A stretch of 64,000 nucleotides of DNA from Akkermansia sp. (GTDB lineage Bacteria > Verrucomicrobiota > Verrucomicrobiia > Verrucomicrobiales > Akkermansiaceae), in contig JAWXTZ010000001.1 in NCBI GenBank assembly GCA_044433085.1, forward strand, positions 53,918-117,917, written 5' to 3'. Positions within the stretch are counted from its first letter, which is position 1, and each line of letters starts with the position of its first letter. Both the position numbers and the translations under genes were made by a program. Below the pieces are notes generated by a model. The model made no database searches, was not told where the DNA came from, and saw only the letters and a program-made list of their open reading frames with translations. Shown piece by piece: positions 45,476 through 54,917 of the stretch.

Positions 45476-45655
45476 TAGTCGCTGCGCTCCAATGGGGAAT
45501 TGGGAATTGGGAATGGGGAATTATACATTAGCGGGCTATCGCCCGATGGTAGGGGGCAAAGCAAATGCGGCGGCGAACTTGCTTTGCATCTCTGCCCGTA
45601 AGGGCACTAACTTTTAATTCCCAATTCCCAATTCCCAATTGGAGCGTAGCGACTA
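45476..45655. mobile_element. MITE/REP-like element with about 39-bp terminal inverted repeats, copy 2
   Basis: TAGTCGCTGCGCTCCAATGGGGAATTGGGAATTGGGAAT ... ATTCCCAATTCCCAATTCCCAATTGGAGCGTAGCGACTA; extra left-end fragment at 45450-45473; no transposase in the window. Confidence 0.7.
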
Positions 45656-48600
45656 GGGTGTTTCTTTACCAAGCTTGCGGGCTGTCCAGTCGCGGCAGCG
45701 GGCGAAGATGGAGTAGAGTGCGGGTACCATGAAGATACCAAAGCAGGTGGCAAGCGTCATGCCGCAGAAGGTGGTGATACCAATTTCTTGACGGCTGGCA
45801 GCACCAGCACCTGTTGCAAGAACCATGGGGAATACACCGAAGATGAAGGAAATAGCCGTCATCAACACAGCACGGAAACGTTGGGAGGCACCCTTGAGGG
45901 CGGCTTCTTGAATGCGGGTGTGGTTCAGTTCATGCTCTTGCTTGCTGAACTCGACCATCAGAATCGCGCTCTTAGCCGACAGACCAATGAGCATCAGCAC
46001 ACCAAGTTGCACGTAGATGGAGAGCGTCAGACCGAAGAGTTGCGCACCCATGAGGGCACCCAAGGTAGCCACGGTGACCGAGGCCATAACGGGAAGCGGG
46101 GTCGTCCAGCTTTCGTACTGAGCAACCAAGAAGAGGTAGGCAAAGATAACAGCCATCGCGAGAATCATCGCCATGCCACCTTCGTTTTGGCGTTCTTGAT
46201 AGGACAAATCCTTCCAAGCGACTGACCATGTTTTGCCCGAGTTCTTTTCGCGTTCTTCGGCATTGATTTCTTTGACGGTTTCTTCGATGAGCTCCATGAC
46301 TTGACCAGAGCCAGCACTTGGGTTACCCATGACGGTGATATCGGCACTCATCAGCTGCTCGAAACGACTGTAGCTGGTTGGTCCCAGTCGGTAGGAGAGG
46401 GTGCAGACAGCGCTGAGTGGCACCATGTGACCGCTCTCGCTGCGAACCATGACGTTGAGGATGTCCTCGGCCGTGCGTCGGTCATTAGCTGTACCTTGAA
46501 TCTTGACTTTGAAACTGAAGCCATTCAGGGTAAAGTCGTTGACATAGGTTGACGCCATTACACTTTGCAGGGTGTTGAAGATGGTGTTGACGGGGATGTC
46601 GAGTGACTGTGCCTTTTCACGGTTGATTTCAAGGCGGATTTCTGGGGTCTCCGCGTTGTATTCAGAACGCGCCATGACGACCATGTCATCGTGCTTGAGC
46701 AGTCGGGCGCATACTTCCTTGACCATGTTACCAAGGTCGATGGGGGCAACATCACCTGATGCTTGAAGCACCATGGAGATACCACCCGTCATACCCAAGC
46801 CTTGAATTGAAGGAGGCGTAACAGCCATGATGCTTGCGCTTGGGATATCGGCGCAAGCTGCGTTAATGGCTTGAGCAATAGCAGTCACATGCAAATCGGG
46901 TGTGGTGCGTTCGTCCCACGGGTCAAGCATGACAATGGCCATACCATTGTTTTCACCGCTACCGCCCGTGAAACTGTAACCACTTGTTACCATCAGAGTT
47001 TTGACACCTGAAATATTTTTGATGCGTTCTTCAATCATTTGAAGAGCTTTGTCTGTACGCTGCTTTGCGGTTGCCGATCCTTCCATGGAAATCATCACGA
47101 AGACGGCGCCCTTATCTTCCGTTGGAATCATGGAGCTGTTTAAGCCCTGTGGGAAGATGAGGTTGGTAGGCTTGAGGGAAATACGACCATGCTTGTTGGC
47201 ATCTTCCTGCATCTTCTTGATTTTGAACTCCATCTTTTGCTCAGCGGTCATGGGTCCTCCCGTGATGCTCTCCATGACGGAGGCTGGCAGTCCGTTAAAG
47301 TAGGTGTAGTTGGCACCGACGATGCCGAGGAAGACGAGGATGGTGAGCCAAGCGTTGTTGACGAGGATGCGGCAACCTGCGAGGTAAATCTTGCGGAAGA
47401 GTTCAAGCAGGAAGTTGAAGGGCCAGAAGACGAAGCCCAAAAGTTTGGTCATGCGGCTCTTCTTCTTTTCCGCAGGCGTGCGCAGCAAGAGTGCGCAGAG
47501 GGCAGGGGAGAGGGTAAGGGCATTGAATGTCGAGAACATCAAGGCAATACACATGGTCACGGAGAACTGGGTGTAAATGATGCCCACCATGCCACCGTAG
47601 AAGGCGATAGGGACGTACACAGCCATTGTCACCAAAGTCGTTGCCAAAATCGCACCCGTGATTTGCTTCATGGATTTGACGGTGGCTTCGCGTGCGCTTA
47701 ACCCTTCCTTTTCCATGATACTCATGACGTTTTCCACCACGACGATGGCGTCATCCACCAGCGAGCCGATGACCAGAATCAGACCGAACATCGTCAAGAT
47801 GTTGATGCTGTAGCCAAGGGAGCTGATGACAACAAAGGCCCCAAGCAGGGAGATGGGGATGGTGATGATGGGGATGATGGTGGCGCGCCAGTCTTGCAGG
47901 AAGGCGAAGGTAATCAGCGCAACCAAGCTCAGCGCAAGGACGAGGGTGAAAGCAATTTCTTCCATCGTTGCGATAATGGAGAGGGTGGGGTCGTAGGACA
48001 TCTGCCACGCCATCCCTTCGGGGAAGGTTTTTGCAATGGTATCAACTTCCGCGCGCACAGCGTCTACTGTAGCAAGGGCGTTTGCCTCATTGTTACGGCT
48101 AACAGCCATGCTAATCACATTTTCACCGTTGAGTCGGGAGTATCCGTTATTGTACTCAGCCCCCAGTTCAATGGTGGCGATATCCTTCAGTCGGGTGATG
48201 TGACCCGCTTCACCGCGCTTGACGATGATGTCGCCAAATTCCTCTTCCGTCTTAAGTCGGCCTGTGGCGGTCACTTTATAGGTGGCGTAGGACAGCTCAT
48301 CTTCCGAACCTACGGAGCCAGCTGCAGCTTGCAAGTTTTGGGCGCTGATGGCAGCAGATACATCACTTGGGGTGATGTTGAGCGCGCTCATGCGGGTGGT
48401 GTTCATCCAAACACGCATGGAGTAGCTGCGGTTGGGGATGATGTCCACACCGGAAACACCGTCAATCTGACCAACGCGGTCCTTCACGTTCATGCGCAGC
48501 CAGTTGGAGAGTTCCAAGACGCTCATCTTGTTCTCATCCACCGTAAAGCTCATGAAGCAAAGGGTGTCACTAGACTTTTTACTCACGGTGTAACCCGTTG

Positions 48601-48973
48601 CTTTAACTTCCGCTGGTAGTTTAGATTCAACGGCTTTAACGGCGTTGGAGACGTTGATCATCGCCATGTCGTCGTTACTGCCAGACTTGAAGACGAGACC
48701 AAGGCTGTAACCACCATCTGCGGTACAGCTGGAGCTAAAGTACTCCAAATCATCCATGCCGATGAGCTGTTCTTCAATAGGTGCGGCCACTGTTTCCGCT
48801 ACTTCTTCGGGGCTAGCACCCGAGTAGGTCATGTTGACGCGGATACTGGGGGGGGAAACCTCTGGATATTCGGCAATAGGCATGCCCGTGAGGCAGATGG
48901 TACCTGCAAGCATCATCAAGATGGAGATGACGAAGGCGAATTTAGGGCGTTTGATAAAGAATTGTGATAACAT
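45653..48973 (-). CDS. RND efflux permease (HAE1, AcrB-like)
   Basis: FFIKRP.FA, LVDDAIVVVEN, ALTLSPAL, LVAQYESW, GLSAKSAILMVEF, RFRAVLMT. Confidence 0.96.
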   Translation of the reverse strand: MLSQFFIKRPKFAFVISILMMLAGTICLTGMPIAEYPEVSPPSIRVNMTYSGASPEEVAETVAAPIEEQLIGMDDLEYFSSSCTADGGYSLGLVFKSGSNDDMAMINVSNAVKAVESKLPAEVKATGYTVSKKSSDTLCFMSFTVDENKMSVLELSNWLRMNVKDRVGQIDGVSGVDIIPNRSYSMRVWMNTTRMSALNITPSDVSAAISAQNLQAAAGSVGSEDELSYATYKVTATGRLKTEEEFGDIIVKRGEAGHITRLKDIATIELGAEYNNGYSRLNGENVISMAVSRNNEANALATVDAVRAEVDTIAKTFPEGMAWQMSYDPTLSIIATMEEIAFTLVLALSLVALITFAFLQDWRATIIPIITIPISLLGAFVVISSLGYSINILTMFGLILVIGSLVDDAIVVVENVMSIMEKEGLSAREATVKSMKQITGAILATTLVTMAVYVPIAFYGGMVGIIYTQFSVTMCIALMFSTFNALTLSPALCALLLRTPAEKKKSRMTKLLGFVFWPFNFLLELFRKIYLAGCRILVNNAWLTILVFLGIVGANYTYFNGLPASVMESITGGPMTAEQKMEFKIKKMQEDANKHGRISLKPTNLIFPQGLNSSMIPTEDKGAVFVMISMEGSATAKQRTDKALQMIEERIKNISGVKTLMVTSGYSFTGGSGENNGMAIVMLDPWDERTTPDLHVTAIAQAINAACADIPSASIMAVTPPSIQGLGMTGGISMVLQASGDVAPIDLGNMVKEVCARLLKHDDMVVMARSEYNAETPEIRLEINREKAQSLDIPVNTIFNTLQSVMASTYVNDFTLNGFSFKVKIQGTANDRRTAEDILNVMVRSESGHMVPLSAVCTLSYRLGPTSYSRFEQLMSADITVMGNPSAGSGQVMELIEETVKEINAEEREKNSGKTWSVAWKDLSYQERQNEGGMAMILAMAVIFAYLFLVAQYESWTTPLPVMASVTVATLGALMGAQLFGLTLSIYVQLGVLMLIGLSAKSAILMVEFSKQEHELNHTRIQEAALKGASQRFRAVLMTAISFIFGVFPMVLATGAGAASRQEIGITTFCGMTLATCFGIFMVPALYSIFARCRDWTARKLGKETP

Positions 48974-48993
48974 AATCGTGAGGTGTTAAATGA

Positions 48994-51138
48994 TTATTGG
49001 GCGGATGCTGTTTTTTCCGTGGTGATGGGGCTGCCGCTGACGAGTTTCATTTGGTTGCTCGTGAGCACCTTTTGCCCTTCTTCTAAACCGTAGTAGATGG
49101 GGACGAGCCCCTCCTCGGTCACGGTGCCCGATAAGACACGCTTCATGATAGCGCGACCATCTTCCATGATGTAGGCATAACGACCCGCGTTGTCGCTTAA
49201 GAGGGCTGCGCTGGGGATGGATAAGACCTTAACGTCAGCCTTACGGCGAATTTGAACGGTAACAACACCACCCGGTTGAAGCTTTTTGCTCTTGTTAGGG
49301 AAGATGGCCCAGCAGTTTTGCGTGTCCGTGCCTGTGTGGATGTAGTTGTCGACAAAGGCAATGCTGCCCGTGGTGGGCAATTCTTCACCCGTTGCCGTGA
49401 TGAGTTTGATTTCGGCCTCCTCAATCATGCGCGCTGTATTGCCGTATTGGGAGAGGATTTCATTCTCACTCAGCGAGAAACGAACATGAATGGGGCTGAG
49501 TTGCACCAAGGTCGCGATGGAGGCGGAAGTGGTGATGTAGTTACCCCCCGTGGCTAAGGTACGCCCCATTAGAGCTTCCATCGGTGCCTTGATGGTGCAT
49601 CGGTCGAGGTCATCTTGGGCAATGACAAGCAGTGCTTCGGCCGCTCTTTTTTGTGCCTGCAAATCGAGTAAGTTGGACTTGGCTGCTTCCAAGTCATCTT
49701 GGCTGGATGCGCTACGTTGGACAAGGTACTCTTGGCGTTCAAATTTGCTTTGCGCATCTTTGATTTTGACATCCAACTGGTCAACGCGTGCTTTTTGCGC
49801 GTTATAGGCAGCTTGGTAGCGCGTGGTATCGATTTGGAAGAGGATTTCGCCTTCTTCAACACGTGCACCTTCGGTGAATTGAGGTTCTTCCAACTCACCT
49901 TGAACTTGAGGGGTGATATCCACGGTGCGAATGCTTTCGACACGCCCACCTTGGCTGGTCAAAACGGTGTTATCTTGCATGATTCCCACTGTCGCCAAGG
50001 TGACAAAGGTAGCTGTTTCGTCAGCAATAGGGGCATCACTTTTTGTATCTGTGGATGGTTCACTTAAGGCTGGATTGACGGAATCGCCAGCGCGGGTTTT
50101 GTGGGCACCGTCGGAGATGACGATTTCACCGACATTAACTCCACTATAAACAGTTTGCATACGACCTTGAATGGCTCCAATCACGATGTTGCGCTTGGAA
50201 ACCGTGTTTTGCTCATCAAGAACATAGCAGTAGGCACCATTTTGGTCGTAGTGAACAGCCGTGAGCGGCATCATGCAAACTTCTGTCTGGTCATTGAGCG
50301 AGATAAAGAGAGCCCCAATTCCCAAGGGAGTCAGGCGGCTGTCCTTGTTAGGGAATTGTGCCCAAAGGGTGTAGCTATCGGTCGCACCTTCCAACTGGTT
50401 ATCGACAACTGCGATTTTGCCGATGTCAAGGTAGTCACTGCCATCTGCTGTTTTAAGGCGGATACTTGTCGCATCGGGAATGTCTTTAGGTCCACGGAAA
50501 ACACCCATCACATCGCTTTGGCTAAGCGGGAATCGAACATAAATAGGGTCAATTTGCATGATGGTAGCCAACTTGCTGCCACGGTTGATGTAGTTGCCCG
50601 CCTTGGAGTCAAAACTGCCGAGGCGCCCCGAAATAGCTGCTGTAATTGTGCAGTCCTCCAAATCTTTTTTGGCTTGGGTAAGCGTGGCTTCGGCCTCCAT
50701 CTTGGTGGCTTTCAGCTCTTCGAGCTGAGTGAAGGCGGTTTCCTTATCTTCCTTCGATGTCGCTTGCACATCGACCAAGGTCTTCAAACGGTCGTAGCGG
50801 CTTTGCGCATAAATCATTTTGGCATCAATCTGATCGAGTGTCGCCTGTGCTTGATCCACCGTTGCTTGGTAGCGCGTTGGGTCAATGCGGAAGAGTAGGT
50901 CGCCCTTCTTCACAACGCGGCCTTCTTCAGCAGCGCATTCAATCAAGTAGCCTTCGACTGCGGTGCGGACGAGAACTGTATTGATGGGCTCCATCAAGCC
51001 GATGCTTCGGCGCTCAATCTTGTCGGTGCCAGTCGTAACCTTTTCGACTTGGACTGTTTGGAGCGCGGCTCCTGGCATTTGGGCCACAGCCGTGCCGATG
51101 GCGCCTATACTGAGTAGAAATGAGGGTAAAAATTTCAT
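48994..51138 (-). CDS. Tandem double membrane-fusion (periplasmic adaptor) protein
   Basis: Two complete MFP units (VEG.L..EG..V.KG.LLF.ID.TRYQA ... CTI.A ... Q..PI.VRF.LS); start MKFLPSF. Confidence 0.9.
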   Translation of the reverse strand: MKFLPSFLLSIGAIGTAVAQMPGAALQTVQVEKVTTGTDKIERRSIGLMEPINTVLVRTAVEGYLIECAAEEGRVVKKGDLLFRIDPTRYQATVDQAQATLDQIDAKMIYAQSRYDRLKTLVDVQATSKEDKETAFTQLEELKATKMEAEATLTQAKKDLEDCTITAAISGRLGSFDSKAGNYINRGSKLATIMQIDPIYVRFPLSQSDVMGVFRGPKDIPDATSIRLKTADGSDYLDIGKIAVVDNQLEGATDSYTLWAQFPNKDSRLTPLGIGALFISLNDQTEVCMMPLTAVHYDQNGAYCYVLDEQNTVSKRNIVIGAIQGRMQTVYSGVNVGEIVISDGAHKTRAGDSVNPALSEPSTDTKSDAPIADETATFVTLATVGIMQDNTVLTSQGGRVESIRTVDITPQVQGELEEPQFTEGARVEEGEILFQIDTTRYQAAYNAQKARVDQLDVKIKDAQSKFERQEYLVQRSASSQDDLEAAKSNLLDLQAQKRAAEALLVIAQDDLDRCTIKAPMEALMGRTLATGGNYITTSASIATLVQLSPIHVRFSLSENEILSQYGNTARMIEEAEIKLITATGEELPTTGSIAFVDNYIHTGTDTQNCWAIFPNKSKKLQPGGVVTVQIRRKADVKVLSIPSAALLSDNAGRYAYIMEDGRAIMKRVLSGTVTEEGLVPIYYGLEEGQKVLTSNQMKLVSGSPITTEKTASAQ

Positions 51139-51243
51139 AACAAAAAACTCGCAACAGGAATTGCAATAGTTTTTTTTACGCTTTTTGTGATAGAAAATCA
51201 AGCAAGAATCGTGCCATTGGCGCGACGAGTTTGGATTTTTTTG

Positions 51244-52227
51244 CTATTTTCTGTACGCTGTCGTGCTGACCGCTGAGTAGAGTGTATTAGGCAGGATGAA
51301 TTTGTGTATTTTAATACTTGCCTCCATGGCACCGAATTCTTGCACGCAGCATTGCGCCATGCGGTGGGCTAGGTTTTCGAGCAGGTGGGTGGGGCGCTCC
51401 TTGGCGATTTGCTCAAGACGAAGGGAGAGTTGGTAGTAGTCCACCGTTTTGGAGATGTCTTCTCCCATGGCAGCAAAGGGGGCATTGGGGACGAGGGAGA
51501 CATCAATCGTCAGTCGCTGTTCTGTGGCTCGCTCTTCAGCGGGAACACCGATGTGGCATGTGATGTCCAGCCCCTTGAGCATGATGCGGTCTTGCTTGGG
51601 GGCGGGCTTGCGCTCCAAGAGCCCCTGCAGGGCGGAAAGGTTGGGGACGGTAATGTGCGGGGCGGATTCGGCTAGTTGCTGGGGATTGTTGTAGCCCGTC
51701 AGCACACCGATGCCCGTGATGCCAGCACAGTGAGCGGCATTCATGTCGTGCTGCATGTCACCAATCATGGCGGTCTCCTCGGGCTTGAGCCCGTGCTGCG
51801 CCATGAGCAGGTGGATGTGGCTTTCCTTATCGCGAATGCCGGAGTGGATGTCCTCGAAGTATTCCTTGAATTGCAGCTGTTCGCTCTGCTCATCAAAGGC
51901 CTTGGGGTCCATACTGGTCAGGGCGAAGCAGCGGATGCCGCGACCCTTGCAGAAGTTCATAAACTCGCGAGCATAGGGCAGGGCGGTGACATTGTTGAGG
52001 GCGCGGTCAAAGGCGAAGCGGTAGTGTGCTTCAAGCTCTTCCAGTCTCGCTTCTGGCACCTTCCACTCGTAATAGGTGGGGTAGGGGAGCTGAAATTCAT
52101 TGCGGAATTCCTCGCGGCTCAGGGCAGGGCGATTGTACTGCGCCAAGACGTAGTTGGTGGCTTCCAGCGTTAGGGCAAGGTCATCACAAAGTGTGCCTGA
52201 CCAGTCGAATAAAAGGTTGCGAAACAT
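51244..52227 (-). CDS. folB: HAD-family phosphatase fused to dihydroneopterin aldolase (FolB)
   Basis: LFDWSGTL and MIGDM.HD..AA (HAD); HIGV..EER..EQRL.ID, TVDY, LLE.LA, IHK (FolB). Confidence 0.88.
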   Translation of the reverse strand: MFRNLLFDWSGTLCDDLALTLEATNYVLAQYNRPALSREEFRNEFQLPYPTYYEWKVPEARLEELEAHYRFAFDRALNNVTALPYAREFMNFCKGRGIRCFALTSMDPKAFDEQSEQLQFKEYFEDIHSGIRDKESHIHLLMAQHGLKPEETAMIGDMQHDMNAAHCAGITGIGVLTGYNNPQQLAESAPHITVPNLSALQGLLERKPAPKQDRIMLKGLDITCHIGVPAEERATEQRLTIDVSLVPNAPFAAMGEDISKTVDYYQLSLRLEQIAKERPTHLLENLAHRMAQCCVQEFGAMEASIKIHKFILPNTLYSAVSTTAYRK

Positions 52228-52244
52228 AAAAGGAGAAGGGTAGC

Positions 52245-53186
52245 TTAGCGTTGCTTGAGCTTTTGATATTGGTATTTCTGAACGGCTTTGGGCAAGCTAG
52301 CATTGCGGAAGGGGTTATCAATACCGAATTTTGCCCATGGGCCACCGGGGACAAGGGGGAACTCCACAAAGCGCCAATGCACCTTGGCCATGCCACCGGG
52401 GATACCCAAGTAGTCACGCACAGCTGGGGAGATGTCGATACCCGCTGCTTTGTTGGAGTGATTTTTTGGGCGAGCGTTTTTAAAGACGTATTGCCAGTCA
52501 TCTGTCACGAAGGGTCCGCAGTCCTCCCACTGGGCGAAGCAGTAGCGCCCTTTGTAATAAATTTGTACCCACATGCCACGGCAGACGGAATCGTACTTGC
52601 CGCGTTTGTCGCGCTTGTACCATGGGATGACGCGCGGTGCCTCGGGCTTGGGGCCACCCTTCTCAATATCATTGTAGGGTAGGGCGATGTAGAAGGGGTT
52701 GAGGCGTGGGATGAAGGCCTTGGGGATGAATCGGACGGGGCAGCGTTTGCTGCGGTCGGGGTCATCAAAGCCACCGTAATTTTGGTTCCACGCGCTGTCC
52801 CAGCTGCTTTTGGTGTTGGGGGTGGGGTTGTTTTGGGAGGGGAGTTCCCCAATGTAAAAGTAGGTTGCCGTGATGTCGAAGTGCCATGGGTAGGCACCTG
52901 CGCGCGGCTTCATGTTTAACTTCTTGGGGTCGGGGAAGTTTTGACGCCTGCTCTGGTCGATGCTGGGTTTGATGGGGCCTGCCGCTTTCGAGGCCTCAAT
53001 CAACTGGGCTCGTTGAGCCCCCGCGCTGAGCTTGGGGATAAGTTTGCTCTTACTCTCACTGCGGGCTTGCTGCTGCGCGGCTTGCTGGGCTTTCCATCGT
53101 GCAATGGCCTCAGGTGTTGCCGCTGTACCCATGGGGGTGCAGATGGCGAGCAGGGCTAAGATGATGGAAGGCTTGAGTAGGCGCAT
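52245..53186 (-). CDS. Secreted protein with a DPBB (RlpA/expansin-like) domain
   Basis: Signal peptide; YIALPY...WEDCGP...GIDISPAV...LG...V.W. Confidence 0.65.
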   Translation of the reverse strand: MRLLKPSIILALLAICTPMGTAATPEAIARWKAQQAAQQQARSESKSKLIPKLSAGAQRAQLIEASKAAGPIKPSIDQSRRQNFPDPKKLNMKPRAGAYPWHFDITATYFYIGELPSQNNPTPNTKSSWDSAWNQNYGGFDDPDRSKRCPVRFIPKAFIPRLNPFYIALPYNDIEKGGPKPEAPRVIPWYKRDKRGKYDSVCRGMWVQIYYKGRYCFAQWEDCGPFVTDDWQYVFKNARPKNHSNKAAGIDISPAVRDYLGIPGGMAKVHWRFVEFPLVPGGPWAKFGIDNPFRNASLPKAVQKYQYQKLKQR

Positions 53187-53188
53187 GA

Positions 53189-54787
53189 TTACCAGTTGTG
53201 GATGATGTTATCTTGCGCTGTTGGCAGTTTGTCGGGGTGATCGAGGGTGTAGTGCAGACCACGGGACTCTTGGCGACGGATGGCGCAGTCCACAATCAGG
53301 GATGCGGTCAGTGCAAGGTTGCGCAGATCGAGAATTTCTGGCGTCAGGCGGTAGCCCCAGTAGTACTCATTGATTTCACGATTGATGTTGCGCAGGCGTG
53401 TTGCGGCACGTTGCAATCGGTGGTCGGTACGTACGATGCTGACGTAGTCGGTCATGGTTCGGCGGATTTCATCCCAGCAATGGTAGAGGATGGCGAGGTC
53501 ATCGCGCTCGGCCTTTGCACCTTGTACCCACTCGGGGATCGGGTAGGTCTCCATCTGGTGGGCGAGGGGGAGTCGGGTGAGCATGGTGTCAATCGCGCGG
53601 CGAGAGATGACGACACATTCCAGCAAGGAGTTGCTGGCAAGACGGTTCGCACCATGAAGCCCTGTGCAGCCCACCTCGCCAGCGGCAAAGAGACCGCGCA
53701 AGCTTGTTTGTCCGTTAACATCGGTCTGAACACCACCACATTGGTAGTGGGCACTGGGAACGACAGGTATCATGTCCTTTTCTGCATCAATGCCGTACTC
53801 CAGACAGGTCTCGTAAATGTTGGGGAAGTGCTCCTTCATGAAGCCCTTGGGCTTGTGGCGCATATCGAGGTACATGCAGGGGTGACCTGTGCGCAAAATT
53901 TCGCTGTTGATGGCGCGTGCTACAATGTCGCGCGGGGCGAGGCAGAGGCGTTCATCGTACTTTTGCATGAATTCTTGCCCATCGGGGTCGCGTAAAATAG
54001 CACCTTCGCCACGAACGGCTTCGGAGATGAGGAAGGTGAGTCCACCACGGTTAGAACCCTTGGGGTTGTAGAAGGTGGTGGGGTGGAATTGGACAAACTC
54101 CATGTTGGAGATGTTGGCACCTGCGCGCCAAGCCATGACCACACCGTCGCCCGTGGCTGTGGTGGGGTTGGTGGTGTATTGGTAAACACGACCTGTGCCA
54201 CCAGTAGCTAACAAGATGCGGTCACTACGGAAAATTTCAACCTTGCTCGTTTGAGAGTTGAGAACATAGGCACCCAAGACGCGGTCTTCGGTCACGCAAC
54301 CAAGTTTAGCGGTGGTGATGAGGTCGATGGCAGTGCGGTAGGGCAGCAGCTCAATGTTGGGGTGCTGCTGGGCACAGTGGAGCAACTTGGTGCTCATTTC
54401 AAGACCAGTCGTATCCTTGGCATGGAGGATGCGGCGGCGGCCGTGACCACCTTCGCGACCGAGGCAGAATTCACCCTCATCATCAAGGTCAAAATCAACG
54501 CCCCAGTTGAGCAGTTCTTCGATGGCTTGGGGCCCTTCCTCCACAATGTGGCGGACAGCCTCTTCGTTGCAGAGGCCCGCACCCGCGATGAGCGTGTCTT
54601 TGACGTGGTCCTCAAAGCAGTCGGTGTTATCGGTCACAGCGGCAATGCCGCCCTGAGCTTTAGCCGAGCTCGTTTCAAAAAAATCATCCTTGCAAAGAAC
54701 GATTACCTTACCGTGTTGAGCGGCACGAAGGGCAAAGCTAAGCCCAGCGACACCGCTGCCAATTACTAGAAAGTCTGAAGTATTCAT
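53189..54787 (-). CDS. nadB: L-aspartate oxidase
   Basis: GSGVAG, AQGGIA, EGGH..RRILHA, FVQFHPT, LISEAVRGEG, HYQCGG, GLHGANRLASNSLLE, ESRGLH. Confidence 0.97.
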   Translation of the reverse strand: MNTSDFLVIGSGVAGLSFALRAAQHGKVIVLCKDDFFETSSAKAQGGIAAVTDNTDCFEDHVKDTLIAGAGLCNEEAVRHIVEEGPQAIEELLNWGVDFDLDDEGEFCLGREGGHGRRRILHAKDTTGLEMSTKLLHCAQQHPNIELLPYRTAIDLITTAKLGCVTEDRVLGAYVLNSQTSKVEIFRSDRILLATGGTGRVYQYTTNPTTATGDGVVMAWRAGANISNMEFVQFHPTTFYNPKGSNRGGLTFLISEAVRGEGAILRDPDGQEFMQKYDERLCLAPRDIVARAINSEILRTGHPCMYLDMRHKPKGFMKEHFPNIYETCLEYGIDAEKDMIPVVPSAHYQCGGVQTDVNGQTSLRGLFAAGEVGCTGLHGANRLASNSLLECVVISRRAIDTMLTRLPLAHQMETYPIPEWVQGAKAERDDLAILYHCWDEIRRTMTDYVSIVRTDHRLQRAATRLRNINREINEYYWGYRLTPEILDLRNLALTASLIVDCAIRRQESRGLHYTLDHPDKLPTAQDNIIHNW

Positions 54788-54860
54788 CTTCGTCTTGTAC
54801 CTGCTGAGTATAACAAATCAAGTCAGCGAGGTCACGCTTAAAGCGTGCTTCGCTAAAAAT

Positions 54861-54894
54861 AAACAAAACAGGCACCCCAATCGAGGTGCCTGTT
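54861..54894 (-). terminator. Rho-independent terminator of the acetate-CoA ligase gene
   Basis: AACAGGCACC/GGTGCCTGTT stem with a T-rich tail on the minus strand. Confidence 0.65.
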
Positions 54895-54917
54895 GAAAAG
54901 ATGGTTTGCGAAATCGC

